A stretch of 64,000 bases of DNA from Gemmatimonadales bacterium (lineage in GTDB: Bacteria; Gemmatimonadota; Gemmatimonadetes; Gemmatimonadales; GWC2-71-9), in the NCBI GenBank assembly GCA_035518815.1, contig DATIXG010000082.1, positions 65,398 to 129,397 on the forward strand, in the 5' to 3' direction. Made by a program: the position numbers and the translations under genes. The stretch's first letter is position 1, and every line of letters starts with the position of its first letter. The notes beneath the pieces were generated by a model. The model was not told the DNA's origin, searched no databases, and saw nothing but the letters and a program-made list of their open reading frames with translations. This document shows positions 28,451 through 37,051 of this stretch, one piece after another.

Positions 28451-29350
28451 ATGGTCATCGCAGTCACCGGCGCCACCGGATTCGTCGGCCGCCACCTGGT
28501 CGCCACGCTGGTCCAACGGGGCCATCGTGTGCGCGCGCTCGTCCGTGCACCCCGCCGCGCCAGCCTGGCACTACCACGCGAGGTAGACCTCGTCATCGGG
28601 TCCCTGGACCACCCCGCGGCCCTTACCGCGCTCTGCCAGGGCGCCGAGGCGGTAGCGCATCTGGTGGCGATCATCACAGAGTCCCCGCGGGCGACCTTCA
28701 CCGGCGTACATGTCGACGGGACCCGGCAGCTCCTCGACGCGGCTCGCATGGCGGGCGTCGCCCGCATCGTTTACGTCAGCGCGGTGGGAGCGCGCCCCGA
28801 CGCCGCCGCCACGCGCTACCACCGCACGAAGTGGCAAGCCGAGGAGCTGGTGCGAGCCTCGCGGCTCTCATCCGCGATCCTCCGCCCGTCACTCATCAAC
28901 GGCCCCGAGAGCGTCCCGATCCGGACGCTCGCGCGCTTGCAGCGCTCGCTGCCCGTCGTGCCGGTGTTCGGGAAGGGCGACTTCCTCATGCAGCCGGTTT
29001 GGATCGGGGATGTAGCGCTGGCGTGCGCGCTTGCGCTCGAGCGACGGGACATCGAGGGGGCGCACGAGCTTGGTGGCCCTGAAGTGATGACGTTCGAGAA
29101 CGTGGTCCGGGCCGTCGGTCGCGCTGTGGGCCACGACCGCCCGTTGCTACACATCCCGCTTCCGCTCGCCCGCCTCGCGGCCCGGCTCGCAGACCCACTT
29201 GGCCCGCTCGCTCCGATCACGAGCGATCAACTCCGGATGCTGGTCGAGGGCAACACCACCCCCGCCAACGCGATCACCTCTGTCTTTGAGATTCAACCGG
29301 TAGGGTTCGAGGAAGGCTTGCGGCACTTCCTTGGCGTTCCCCCCCCCTAA
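28451..29350 (+). CDS. NAD(P)-binding SDR/NmrA-like protein
   Basis: Rossmann motif VIAVTGATGFVGRHL; 299 aa. Confidence 0.75.
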   Translation: MVIAVTGATGFVGRHLVATLVQRGHRVRALVRAPRRASLALPREVDLVIGSLDHPAALTALCQGAEAVAHLVAIITESPRATFTGVHVDGTRQLLDAARMAGVARIVYVSAVGARPDAAATRYHRTKWQAEELVRASRLSSAILRPSLINGPESVPIRTLARLQRSLPVVPVFGKGDFLMQPVWIGDVALACALALERRDIEGAHELGGPEVMTFENVVRAVGRAVGHDRPLLHIPLPLARLAARLADPLGPLAPITSDQLRMLVEGNTTPANAITSVFEIQPVGFEEGLRHFLGVPPP

Positions 29351-29354
29351 AAAA

Positions 29355-29387
29355 CCAAACCCGGGGCCGATAGCTCCCCGGGTTTGG
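29355..29387. terminator. Hairpin terminator (12-bp stem CCAAACCCGGGG/CCCCGGGTTTGG)
   Basis: It lies between the convergent SDR and pseudopilin genes. The T-run is on the minus-strand side (AAAA at 29351-29354). Confidence 0.55.
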
Positions 29388-29511
29388 AGGTCGGGGGAAG
29401 TGGCCGTCACACTTCCGCCGCGACCTTATGTTGCGCTGGTATGGCACCCTGTTAGATGCACACCCCCGGCGGAGCGTCGCACCGCGCTTACAGGTCGTCG
29501 CAAGTCAATAT

Positions 29512-29940
29512 TCACCAACGTTTTATGCGGCCGACACGCGAGGCGGTGATCGTCGCCCCTGCCACGCCGCGCTCGAGCACGATCCGGGTATTGGAGGCCC
29601 CCCACCCCACTCCGAGTGGGCTGAAGGCGATCGCAGGGTTCGATACCGTCGCGGTCACGCCCAGCTGAACAGGGCCAGCCCACCGTTTGAGAGCCTCCCA
29701 CGCGTCGCCATTCCAGACATCCAGGCGGAGCGAGTCGGGCGCCACGGAGAGCCTGGCGCGGCGCGCCCCCATGACCGCCGTGTTGCGTGTGATCGCCAGG
29801 GCGGTGGTGAGCTCGGCAGCGGCACGCTCGACCGCGATTCCATCCAGTAACCTGCCCAGCGAGGGCAGGGTGATCATCGTCACAAGCCCCACCACCGCGA
29901 GCGCGACGGCCAACTCGACGAAGGAATACCCCCGGCGCAT
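29512..29940 (-). CDS. GspH/FimT-like pseudopilin (prepilin-type N-terminal methylation domain)
   Basis: MRRGYSFVELAVALAVVGLV: G-Y cleavage context with Glu at +5 and a hydrophobic helix. Start chosen at ATG 29938-29940. Confidence 0.7.
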   Translation of the reverse strand: MRRGYSFVELAVALAVVGLVTMITLPSLGRLLDGIAVERAAAELTTALAITRNTAVMGARRARLSVAPDSLRLDVWNGDAWEALKRWAGPVQLGVTATVSNPAIAFSPLGVGWGASNTRIVLERGVAGATITASRVGRIKRW

Positions 29941-30141
29941 GGCCGACAAGGTTGCGTGCCCTGCATCACACGCCGTCATCCGAATCATGCCGCGAAAGGC
30001 CTGAAACCCCGAGGAATGCGGGCTAACGCCGTGCCCTGGAAAAGGCTATGTTGTGTCGCGCGAGCGGCTTGGGCCACGGGCACAGCCGCTGCACTTGCAC
30101 CGTGCGGGAGCCAACGAGACCTCGGGGAGGACCACAAGGCG

Positions 30142-31407
30142 ATGTCGGTCGGGCCGGTCGAGTTGCAGTCATTGCCGCACGCCATTTTCCTGCAGCGAGC
30201 CGCGCGTTCGCCGCAGGGAAAGGGCGTGGAGTCCCGCTTGGGCCAGGGGGCGTTCTTGGTGCTGCGCCTCATCGACCTGCTGGCGCCGGCGCGCGAGCCC
30301 GTGCATGCCGACGCGTTCACCTACCAGCGCGCGGCGACGGAGCGGTTCTGTCAGGAACTCCGCGCGACGTCCACGGAGGGCTCGCATCTTCAGGGGCTCG
30401 TGTCGAGTGTGGCGGCGGCGCAGGAGGCGGGCGACGTGCGGCTGCTCGCGCCGGCGTTGCTGGCGTACGCTCACTATCTCGAAAACGACCTGCATCTTCA
30501 GGAGGCGCTCGACGTGCTGCAGACCCTGCAGCATGTCGGCGGCGACCGCGTTTCGCACGCGGATCTCGTCGCGCTCGCCCTGCGCGTGGGTCGAGTGAAC
30601 CGGAAGCTCAACCGGTTCGACGAAGCGGAGCAGGCGTATGAGGAAGCCGCTACCCTCGCCCTGTCGGCAGGCGACAGGCACGGCGAGCTGCTGAGCCGCA
30701 TCGGACGCGTGAACACACTCCTCGGCCGCGGCAATCTGCCGGAAGCCGAACGCCGCTTGGGCGGAATTCTCGCGGATGCGCAGCGCGCCAGCGACCCGGC
30801 AGCGGAAGCGTTGGCGGAGCACTCGCTGGCCACCGTGCTCCAGCATCGAGGCTCGCCCGACGTAGCGTTGCTCCACGCGTGGCGGGCATACGAACTCTAC
30901 GACGACGAGGAAGCGCGTCTGCGCGCGTTGGGTGACGTCGGATTGATGCTATTGATGTTGGGGGATGCCCAGGGTGCGGAGCGGGCCCTGGCGCAGGTAG
31001 CGCGAAGGGGCGCGTCGAGCGATATGGTCGCCAACGCACTCGTCGAGCTGATGTACGCGGCGTCCTACCGGCGCGATCAGGTGGCCTTCGCGCGCTGGCG
31101 CGGCCAATGCGAGCGAAAACTCGACGACATGCCACCCAACATTCAGGCGGACTACTATCTGAAGCTCGGGATTGGCGAAGCGCGCTTTGGACAGTTTGCG
31201 CGCGCGCGGAATACGATGGATCGCGCCCTCGCGATCGCGGAGCAAGCCGGCATTCACGAAGCCGTCTTCAAGATCGAGCGAATCAGGAACGGCCTCCACG
31301 CCCTCGAGGAGGAGCAGGTTGCCACCTCGCTCGAGGACGGGGAGCCGGTCGTTCAGAGCGAAGCCGTCAGAGAGGTGTCGGCCTCTGTCGCCCTGCTCGC
31401 GGAATAG
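30142..31407 (+). CDS. All-alpha TPR-like repeat protein, unknown function
   Basis: 421 aa from ATG 30142, with GGGGAGG about 10 nt upstream. Repeated helical A/L/E-rich ~34-40-aa units. Confidence 0.6.
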   Translation: MSVGPVELQSLPHAIFLQRAARSPQGKGVESRLGQGAFLVLRLIDLLAPAREPVHADAFTYQRAATERFCQELRATSTEGSHLQGLVSSVAAAQEAGDVRLLAPALLAYAHYLENDLHLQEALDVLQTLQHVGGDRVSHADLVALALRVGRVNRKLNRFDEAEQAYEEAATLALSAGDRHGELLSRIGRVNTLLGRGNLPEAERRLGGILADAQRASDPAAEALAEHSLATVLQHRGSPDVALLHAWRAYELYDDEEARLRALGDVGLMLLMLGDAQGAERALAQVARRGASSDMVANALVELMYAASYRRDQVAFARWRGQCERKLDDMPPNIQADYYLKLGIGEARFGQFARARNTMDRALAIAEQAGIHEAVFKIERIRNGLHALEEEQVATSLEDGEPVVQSEAVREVSASVALLAE

Positions 31408-31539
31408 CTAGCGGCAAACGTTGGAGCCGTTCGTGTCGCACTGCGCGCCGTGGGGGCCGGCAACATCGGCGCAGGCGGCAGCGGACAACGCGAACGAGAT
31501 AGCGACGAGAGCGAATAGGGCGCGAAGACTGCGGGACAT
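31408..31539 (-). CDS. 43-aa secreted Cys-containing peptide precursor
   Basis: ATG 31537-31539 is preceded by GGGAGG 5 nt upstream. MSRSLRALFALVAISFALSAAA is a signal peptide. The predicted mature part is CADVAGPHGAQCDTNGSNVCR. Third-position G+C is about 79 percent (counted by hand), like real genes here. Confidence 0.55.
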   Translation of the reverse strand: MSRSLRALFALVAISFALSAAACADVAGPHGAQCDTNGSNVCR

Positions 31540-31613
31540 AGGGCCTCCCATAGTCAGGTTGAGAAGAGTTGGGCGTGAACCTCCAAGTTGGCGGAGCGGC
31601 AGGGTTTCGATTA

Positions 31614-31650
31614 GGGCGTTTTTGCGGCACCGAGGGGCGCTTTTGCGACA
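31614..31650. promoter_or_regulatory. Two 16-nt direct repeats GGGCG(T/C)TTTTGCG(G/A)CA spaced 21 bp
   Basis: 31614-31629 and 31635-31650 match at 14/16 positions. They lie in the 114-bp divergent region between the peptide gene and the AraC-type gene. Confidence 0.4.
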
Positions 31651-31653
31651 TCT

Positions 31654-32460
31654 ATGCTGATCCTGGCAGCGGTCCCGGACGTCCAGCTTCACAAACTGCG
31701 CCGCGCCGCCGCGACGCGGTTTGCCTTGGCTCGCGCGTTCACCTGGGGAGAAGCCCTGGCCGCGATCCGGAGCCGCCCGGTCGAGCTGGCTGTCGTCGAC
31801 CCCCTCCTTGCCGGGACGGCGAGCGCTCAGGAAATCGAGCGGCTCCGCGTACTCTTTCCATCGCTCCCGCTGATTCTCTACACCAGTCTGTCGCCTGAAA
31901 CGGCGGCGGTGCTACTCACCCTTGGCCAGCGCGGCATTCGCCACGTCGTGTTCGCACGCTACGACGATCATCCGACGAGGCTACGGGACGTGCTCGTGCG
32001 AGAAGAAGCCCGGGCGGCTTCCCGCCTCTTCCTCGACCAGCTCGCCGGTGCCCTCGCACCTCTGCCGCGGGAGCTGCGCTGGGTGCTGGAGGAAGCCTTC
32101 CAGGCCCCGGAGCGCGTGCAGACGGTGGGGCAGATTGCCGCCCGTGCCCGTGTGGACCGGCGTACCTGCGAGCGCTGGTTCACGCGCATCGGGTTGCCGA
32201 GCCCCCGGCACTTCCTCGCCGCGGCACGGGTGCTGTACGCCCACCGCTTGCTCCAGGACCCCGGGTTCACCGTTGAAGACGTCGCGCAGCGTCTCGGGTA
32301 CGCGCAGGTGAAGACTCTGCAACAGCATGCCCGCGCCTACCTCGGTTTGACCGCTGGGGAGATGCGCCTGTCTCTGTCGCCCGGCGACGCGCTGGAGCGG
32401 GTCGCACAGCGCTTCCTCGCCGCGCCCAGTGCCGTCGCCGTGGCGCTGGGGGCGTCGTGA
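31654..32460 (+). CDS. Receiver-like domain + AraC-type HTH regulator
   Basis: The N-terminal CheY-like fold has Asp in LAVVDP but no clear conserved Lys. The C-terminus TCERWFTRIGLPSPRHFLAAARVLYAHRLL...VEDVAQRLGY is an AraC HTH pair. Confidence 0.7.
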   Translation: MLILAAVPDVQLHKLRRAAATRFALARAFTWGEALAAIRSRPVELAVVDPLLAGTASAQEIERLRVLFPSLPLILYTSLSPETAAVLLTLGQRGIRHVVFARYDDHPTRLRDVLVREEARAASRLFLDQLAGALAPLPRELRWVLEEAFQAPERVQTVGQIAARARVDRRTCERWFTRIGLPSPRHFLAAARVLYAHRLLQDPGFTVEDVAQRLGYAQVKTLQQHARAYLGLTAGEMRLSLSPGDALERVAQRFLAAPSAVAVALGAS

Positions 32461-32864
32461 CGCCCCCCCAACCCCTTCCCACAGTCCTCATCGTCGACGA
32501 CGAAGCGCCGGTGCGCCGCGTACTCGAGCGCATGCTGAGCCGGGGCGGGTATCGGGTGCTCAGTACCGGCAGCGCGGAAGCCGCCTATGCGTTGCTCGAG
32601 GCTGAGACGGCCGACGCCCTACTGCTCGACATTCACCTTCCGACGATGTCGGGCCTTGCGTTGTATCTGGCCATCGTGCATCGCTGGCCGGCGCTCCAAG
32701 GACGCATCGCGATCATGACCGGCGACGCCGACGCGTTCGAGGTGCGCAACTGGCTGGATCATCATCGCTGCGTGGTGCTGCGGAAGCCATTCGACATCGG
32801 CGAGATCTCCGCCTGGCTCGCGACAGTCCTGCGAGTTCAGCAACGGGAGCTGGGTAACGGCTGA
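32457..32864 (+). CDS. Single-domain response regulator (CheY-like)
   Basis: VLIVDDEAPVRRVL...LLLDIHLPTMSG...KPF. 4-nt overlap with the upstream gene. Confidence 0.8.
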   Translation: MTPPQPLPTVLIVDDEAPVRRVLERMLSRGGYRVLSTGSAEAAYALLEAETADALLLDIHLPTMSGLALYLAIVHRWPALQGRIAIMTGDADAFEVRNWLDHHRCVVLRKPFDIGEISAWLATVLRVQQRELGNG

Positions 32865-32867
32865 CCG

Positions 32868-33506
32868 ATGACGGGAGCCCCTCAGCACGACCCGCTCCAT
32901 GTCCTGCGCGAGTACCGTAACCTCGCTCCCTGGAATTTGCGCGACCTCGCGGCCCTCGTCGGCGCCATCCTCGACGCCTCCGCGATCACACCCATCAACG
33001 CCGCCGCCCGCGCGCAGCCGAGTGAGCGCACCATCCGGTTCTACGTTACCAAGGGGCTGGTGAGCCCTCCGGAAGGGCGGGGGACGGCGGCCACCTATTC
33101 CTACCGCCACTTCCTCCAATTGCTGTGCATCAAGCTCCGGCAGATGGAGGGCGGCACGCTCGCGGCAATCACCAAGGAGATGCAGAACCAGACCGGGGAC
33201 GTGCTCGAGCGGCGCGCGGCCCAGACCCTGGGCGCGTCCCTGCCCCTGCCCGACCGCCTCCCGCTGGCGAGCCCCGGCGGGCCGCCGCGCGGCCGGTCCG
33301 GGCGGGCGCTCACCGCGTGGATGGCCAAGGATGCGGGACGCGACGCGGCGGACCCGAGTACGTGGCGGCGGATTCCCCTGGCTCGCGGCCTCGAGCTGCA
33401 CGTCGAGTCGGGGACTCCCCTCGCCCGGCTTGGCCCGGGCGACGCCGCCATCGCGGACGCGGTGCGCCAGGCCGTTGCCAAACTCATCCCGCAGGGCTCG
33501 ACATAG
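32868..33506 (+). CDS. MerR-type HTH protein with low-complexity C-terminal half
   Basis: SERTIRFYVTKGLVSPPEGRGTAATYSYRHFLQLLCIKLRQMEGGTLAAI resembles the MerR HTH-wing-dimerisation helix. Confidence 0.5.
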   Translation: MTGAPQHDPLHVLREYRNLAPWNLRDLAALVGAILDASAITPINAAARAQPSERTIRFYVTKGLVSPPEGRGTAATYSYRHFLQLLCIKLRQMEGGTLAAITKEMQNQTGDVLERRAAQTLGASLPLPDRLPLASPGGPPRGRSGRALTAWMAKDAGRDAADPSTWRRIPLARGLELHVESGTPLARLGPGDAAIADAVRQAVAKLIPQGST

Positions 33507-33561
33507 CACGACACGCATCGGGAGCGGTTGCGCCGCACGACCATCAACGTGGGAGCGAGTG

Positions 33562-34146
33562 ATGCCGTCCTGGATTCTGCTGATCCTCATCGTAGCCGTG
33601 GCGCTGTGGGTCGTCGCCGCGTACAACGGCCTGGTGTCCCTCAAGAACCAGACCGCGAACGCGTTCAAGCAGATCGACGTCCAGCTCAAGCGCCGTCACG
33701 ACCTCGTGCCGAACCTCGTGAATGCGGTGCGCGGAGCGATGGAGTTCGAAAAAGGCACGCTCGAGGCCGTGATCCAAGCGCGCAATCAGGCGGTCAAGGT
33801 CAACACGGGCGGGCCGGACGCGGTCAAGCAGATCAGCCAGGCCGAAAACGCGTTGTCGGCGGCGCTCTCCCGCCTCATGGTCGTGGTCGAGCAGTATCCG
33901 CAGCTCAAAGCCACGGGCAACATCGGCCAGCTGCAGGAAGAGCTGACGTCGACCGAGAACAAGGTCGCGTTCGCGCGCCAGCTCTACAACGACACGGCCA
34001 CGCTCTACAACACGAAGCAGCAGCAGTTTCCGACGTCGCTGGTCGCGGGACTGGCGCACGCGGAGCCCGCGACCCTGTGGGAGATCGTTGACAGCGCGGA
34101 GCGCGCGGTGCCGCAGGTCGATCTGTCGATGAAGCCGAAATCGTGA
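33562..34146 (+). CDS. lemA: LemA family membrane protein
   Basis: MPSWILLILIVAVALWVVAAYNGLVSLKNQ...QIDVQLKRRHDLVPNLV...YNDTATLYNTKQQQFP. GGGAG about 6 nt upstream of ATG 33562. Confidence 0.85.
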   Translation: MPSWILLILIVAVALWVVAAYNGLVSLKNQTANAFKQIDVQLKRRHDLVPNLVNAVRGAMEFEKGTLEAVIQARNQAVKVNTGGPDAVKQISQAENALSAALSRLMVVVEQYPQLKATGNIGQLQEELTSTENKVAFARQLYNDTATLYNTKQQQFPTSLVAGLAHAEPATLWEIVDSAERAVPQVDLSMKPKS

Positions 34147-35174
34147 CGGACGAGTCGTCGCTCAATCTGTTTCAGCAGCAGGACCTGAACCGACGTCGCA
34201 CATTCGGGCTGCTGTGCGGGTTCGTGCTGTTTCTGGGATGGCTGGGCTTCGGCGGCGACTACATCTACGCCCTCTCCACGGCGCACGCGCCCCCGGCCGA
34301 GCAACACCACGTGTGGTGGTTTGGGATGGTCATGCTCGCCGTCGGCGTCGTGCTCGCGGGATACGCATACCGCACGGGCCCCGACAAGGTGCTGTGGGCG
34401 ACCGGCGCGGTGGAGGTGCTCGATCCGGTCGACGAACAGCAGAAGCAGCTCGTCAACGTCGTCGAGGAGATGGCGATCGCCGCTGGCGTGCCTCGCCCCC
34501 GCATTTGGATCGTGCCGGACAGCGATCCCAATGCCTTCGCGACGGGCACCGACCCCACGCGCGCGCACGTCGCGGTGACCCAGGGGCTGCTCGACATGTG
34601 CAACCGCGACGAGCTCCAGGCCGTGATCGGCCACGAGCTCGGACACGTGAAGAACCTCGATGTGAGACTGATGACCACGCTCGCCGCGCTCGTGGGGGCG
34701 GTGGTGCTGATGCGCGACGGCACGAGCCGCCTCTTCCTGTCCGGGGGGAGCGGGAGCAGCGGGAGCGGGGGGGGCAGCCGGAAAAAGGGCGATCTCGGGC
34801 CGCTGGTGGTCGTGCTGCTCGTATTGTGGATGCTCTCCTGGATCCTGGCGCCGATCATCACCCAGGTGCTGGCGCTCGCCGTCAGTCGCAAACGCGAGTA
34901 CCTCGCTGACGCTATGAGCGCCCAATTCACCCGCAATCCGCTCGCGCTCGCCAGCGCGCTCCAGAAGATCGAAGCGGCCGGGATGCCTACTTCGCGGATC
35001 AAGGGGGGAACGGCGCACATGTGCATCGCGGATCCGCTTGGCCGCCGGCTGACGACGCACGAAGGCTTCGTGGCCGACATTCTGGCCACTCATCCCCCGA
35101 TGGCGAAGCGGGTGGCGATCCTCAGGGGAATGGGGTACGCCCAGCTCAAGAAGGCCGGAGGGGCGGCGTCGTGA
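34143..35174 (+). CDS. M48-family zinc metalloprotease (HtpX-like)
   Basis: HELGHVKN zinc motif and TM segments. 4-nt overlap with lemA. Confidence 0.8.
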   Translation: MTDESSLNLFQQQDLNRRRTFGLLCGFVLFLGWLGFGGDYIYALSTAHAPPAEQHHVWWFGMVMLAVGVVLAGYAYRTGPDKVLWATGAVEVLDPVDEQQKQLVNVVEEMAIAAGVPRPRIWIVPDSDPNAFATGTDPTRAHVAVTQGLLDMCNRDELQAVIGHELGHVKNLDVRLMTTLAALVGAVVLMRDGTSRLFLSGGSGSSGSGGGSRKKGDLGPLVVVLLVLWMLSWILAPIITQVLALAVSRKREYLADAMSAQFTRNPLALASALQKIEAAGMPTSRIKGGTAHMCIADPLGRRLTTHEGFVADILATHPPMAKRVAILRGMGYAQLKKAGGAAS

Positions 35175-36604
35175 CTGACTGGCTGCGTCGCCGCGCCCTG
35201 CGCACGCTCCACGAGTTCCGCACCAGGTTGGCCCGCTACCATCTGCAGCAGCGGCGCCAGGCGCGCGACGCCCTCCAGCAGGACCCGGTTGTGGCCGCCG
35301 CCGTCGCCGATCATGCGAGGGCGCTGAGCGTCCCCGAGGACGACGTGCGCCGGCGCGTGGACGAATACGTGGCGGAGATCGTCCCGCACTTCAACGTGTT
35401 GTCGTACTACAAGGTCGGATACAATCTCGCCAAGATCATCGTGAATCTGTTGTACAAGGTCAGCGTGGACTATCAGGACGAGGAGGCCCTCGAGCGCATC
35501 CCCAAGAAGGACGTCGTCATCTATCTGATGAATCATCGCTCGAACGCCGACTATGTCGTCCTGGCTTACGTGCTCGCCTACGGCGTCCACGTGAGCTATG
35601 CGGTGGGCGAATGGGCCCGCGCGTGGCCGCTCGAGTACATGTTCAAGTCCTTTGGCGCCTACTTCATTCGCCGCCAGTTCCGGGAGCCCTTGTACCACGC
35701 GGTGCTCGAGCGCTACGTGCAGCTGATCACGCGCAACGGCGTGACGCAGGGCGTCTTTCCCGAAGGCGGCCTCACGCGCGATGGCCGCCTGCGACCCCCC
35801 AAGCTCGGCCTGCTCGATTACATCTGCCGCACCCTGCGCGACCCCGCCTTCACGCGCGACATCTGGCTCGTGCCCGTGGGGATCAACTACGACCGCGTGC
35901 TGGAAGACCGATCCCTGATCCGCGAGCTGGTCGATGAGGACGGCCGCCCGGGGCGGCTGTCGCAGCTGGCCACGGTGACCGGCTACGTGTCCCGGAACGT
36001 GGGCCGGCTCCTCACGGGCCGCCTCAAGCGGTACGGCCGGGTGGCGGTGAATTTCGGCACCCCTCGCTCCGTGCGGGAATGGCTTGCCGGAGAGCCTCCG
36101 GACGTGCTGGACTGGCCCAAGGAGCGCCGCTTGCCTGAGGTCGAGCGCCTCGCGCGCACGATGATGGATCGTATCGGCGGGATCGTGCCCGTGACCCCCG
36201 TACCGCTCGCCGCGGCGGCCCTGCTGTCCTTCGATCGCAGCCTCGTGTCGAGGACCGCTGTCCTCGAGCGGATGGACGAGCTCCGCGACCGCTTGCGTGA
36301 CGTGAATGCGAAGGTGGTCCGCGGCGGGGCGCGCATCGCGGAGATCTGGGACCGCGCCAGGCGCATGCTCATGCTGCGGAAGCTCATCGTGGCGGGCGCC
36401 GACAGTGACAGCCTGATCGTGCTGCCGCGCGCTAGACCACTGCTCGAGTTCTACGCGAATTCCATCGCCCACCTGCTCCCGATCCGCGGGCCGCGAGTGC
36501 CTTTTCACAAGGCCCACGAGCTCGAGACCGGCCTCCCGCGGCTCAGGGTGCGCAAGCGTGACACCCGGTCGACGGACGACGTGCGCGGCGCCGCAAGCCC
36601 ATAA
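35171..36604 (+). CDS. Glycerolipid acyltransferase (PlsB/GPAT-like)
   Basis: GTG 35171 overlaps the upstream TGA. Has the NHRSNADY (HX4D) and FPEGGLTRDGRL acyltransferase motifs. Confidence 0.7.
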   Translation: MTDWLRRRALRTLHEFRTRLARYHLQQRRQARDALQQDPVVAAAVADHARALSVPEDDVRRRVDEYVAEIVPHFNVLSYYKVGYNLAKIIVNLLYKVSVDYQDEEALERIPKKDVVIYLMNHRSNADYVVLAYVLAYGVHVSYAVGEWARAWPLEYMFKSFGAYFIRRQFREPLYHAVLERYVQLITRNGVTQGVFPEGGLTRDGRLRPPKLGLLDYICRTLRDPAFTRDIWLVPVGINYDRVLEDRSLIRELVDEDGRPGRLSQLATVTGYVSRNVGRLLTGRLKRYGRVAVNFGTPRSVREWLAGEPPDVLDWPKERRLPEVERLARTMMDRIGGIVPVTPVPLAAAALLSFDRSLVSRTAVLERMDELRDRLRDVNAKVVRGGARIAEIWDRARRMLMLRKLIVAGADSDSLIVLPRARPLLEFYANSIAHLLPIRGPRVPFHKAHELETGLPRLRVRKRDTRSTDDVRGAASP

Positions 36605-36664
36605 TTGTGCCGAACATCGGGTGACCCTGGCGCCAGCCGGCCTCTCCTGAACACCTTGTTCCCC

Positions 36665-37051
36665 GTGTCGTACCGCTTTCTTCCCCACACCGGTGACGTG
36701 GCCGTCGAGCTCGTCGCACCCGACGAAGCGGGCCTGCGCGCCGCGGGAATCGATGCGCTTCGCGAGCTGCTCGTGGGCACGAGCCCTGTCCGTGAAGTGG
36801 TCGAACGCCCGATCGCACCGCAGGGACGGGATGCCGGCGAACAGCTGGTCCGCTTCCTCGAAGAAGCGCTCTACCTGTATGACGCGGAGGGGTTCGTCCC
36901 GGCGCGGGGATCCGCGGCAGGCGTCCTGGGCGAGCCATTCGATCCCGCGCGGCACACCCCGGCGGGCGAGGTCAAAGCTGTCACCTACCACCAGGCCGCC
37001 GTGCGCCGCGACGCGGCCGGGTTGCACGTCACCGTCGTCTTCGACGTATGA
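36665..37051 (+). CDS. Archease
   Basis: YRFLPHTGDVAVEL...VKAVTYHQAAV...VTVVFDV. The start is uncertain (GTG 36665; the track start is 36605). Overlaps rtcB by 4 nt. Confidence 0.75.
   Translation: MSYRFLPHTGDVAVELVAPDEAGLRAAGIDALRELLVGTSPVREVVERPIAPQGRDAGEQLVRFLEEALYLYDAEGFVPARGSAAGVLGEPFDPARHTPAGEVKAVTYHQAAVRRDAAGLHVTVVFDV

Noticed and set aside
26897-28525. 542-aa minus-strand ORF
   Set aside because: It is antisense to the MqnA/D-like and RR-HD-GYP genes. A shadow frame.
35090-37027. 645-aa minus-strand ORF
   Set aside because: It is antisense to the acyltransferase and archease genes, which carry HX4D/FPEG and archease motifs. A shadow frame.
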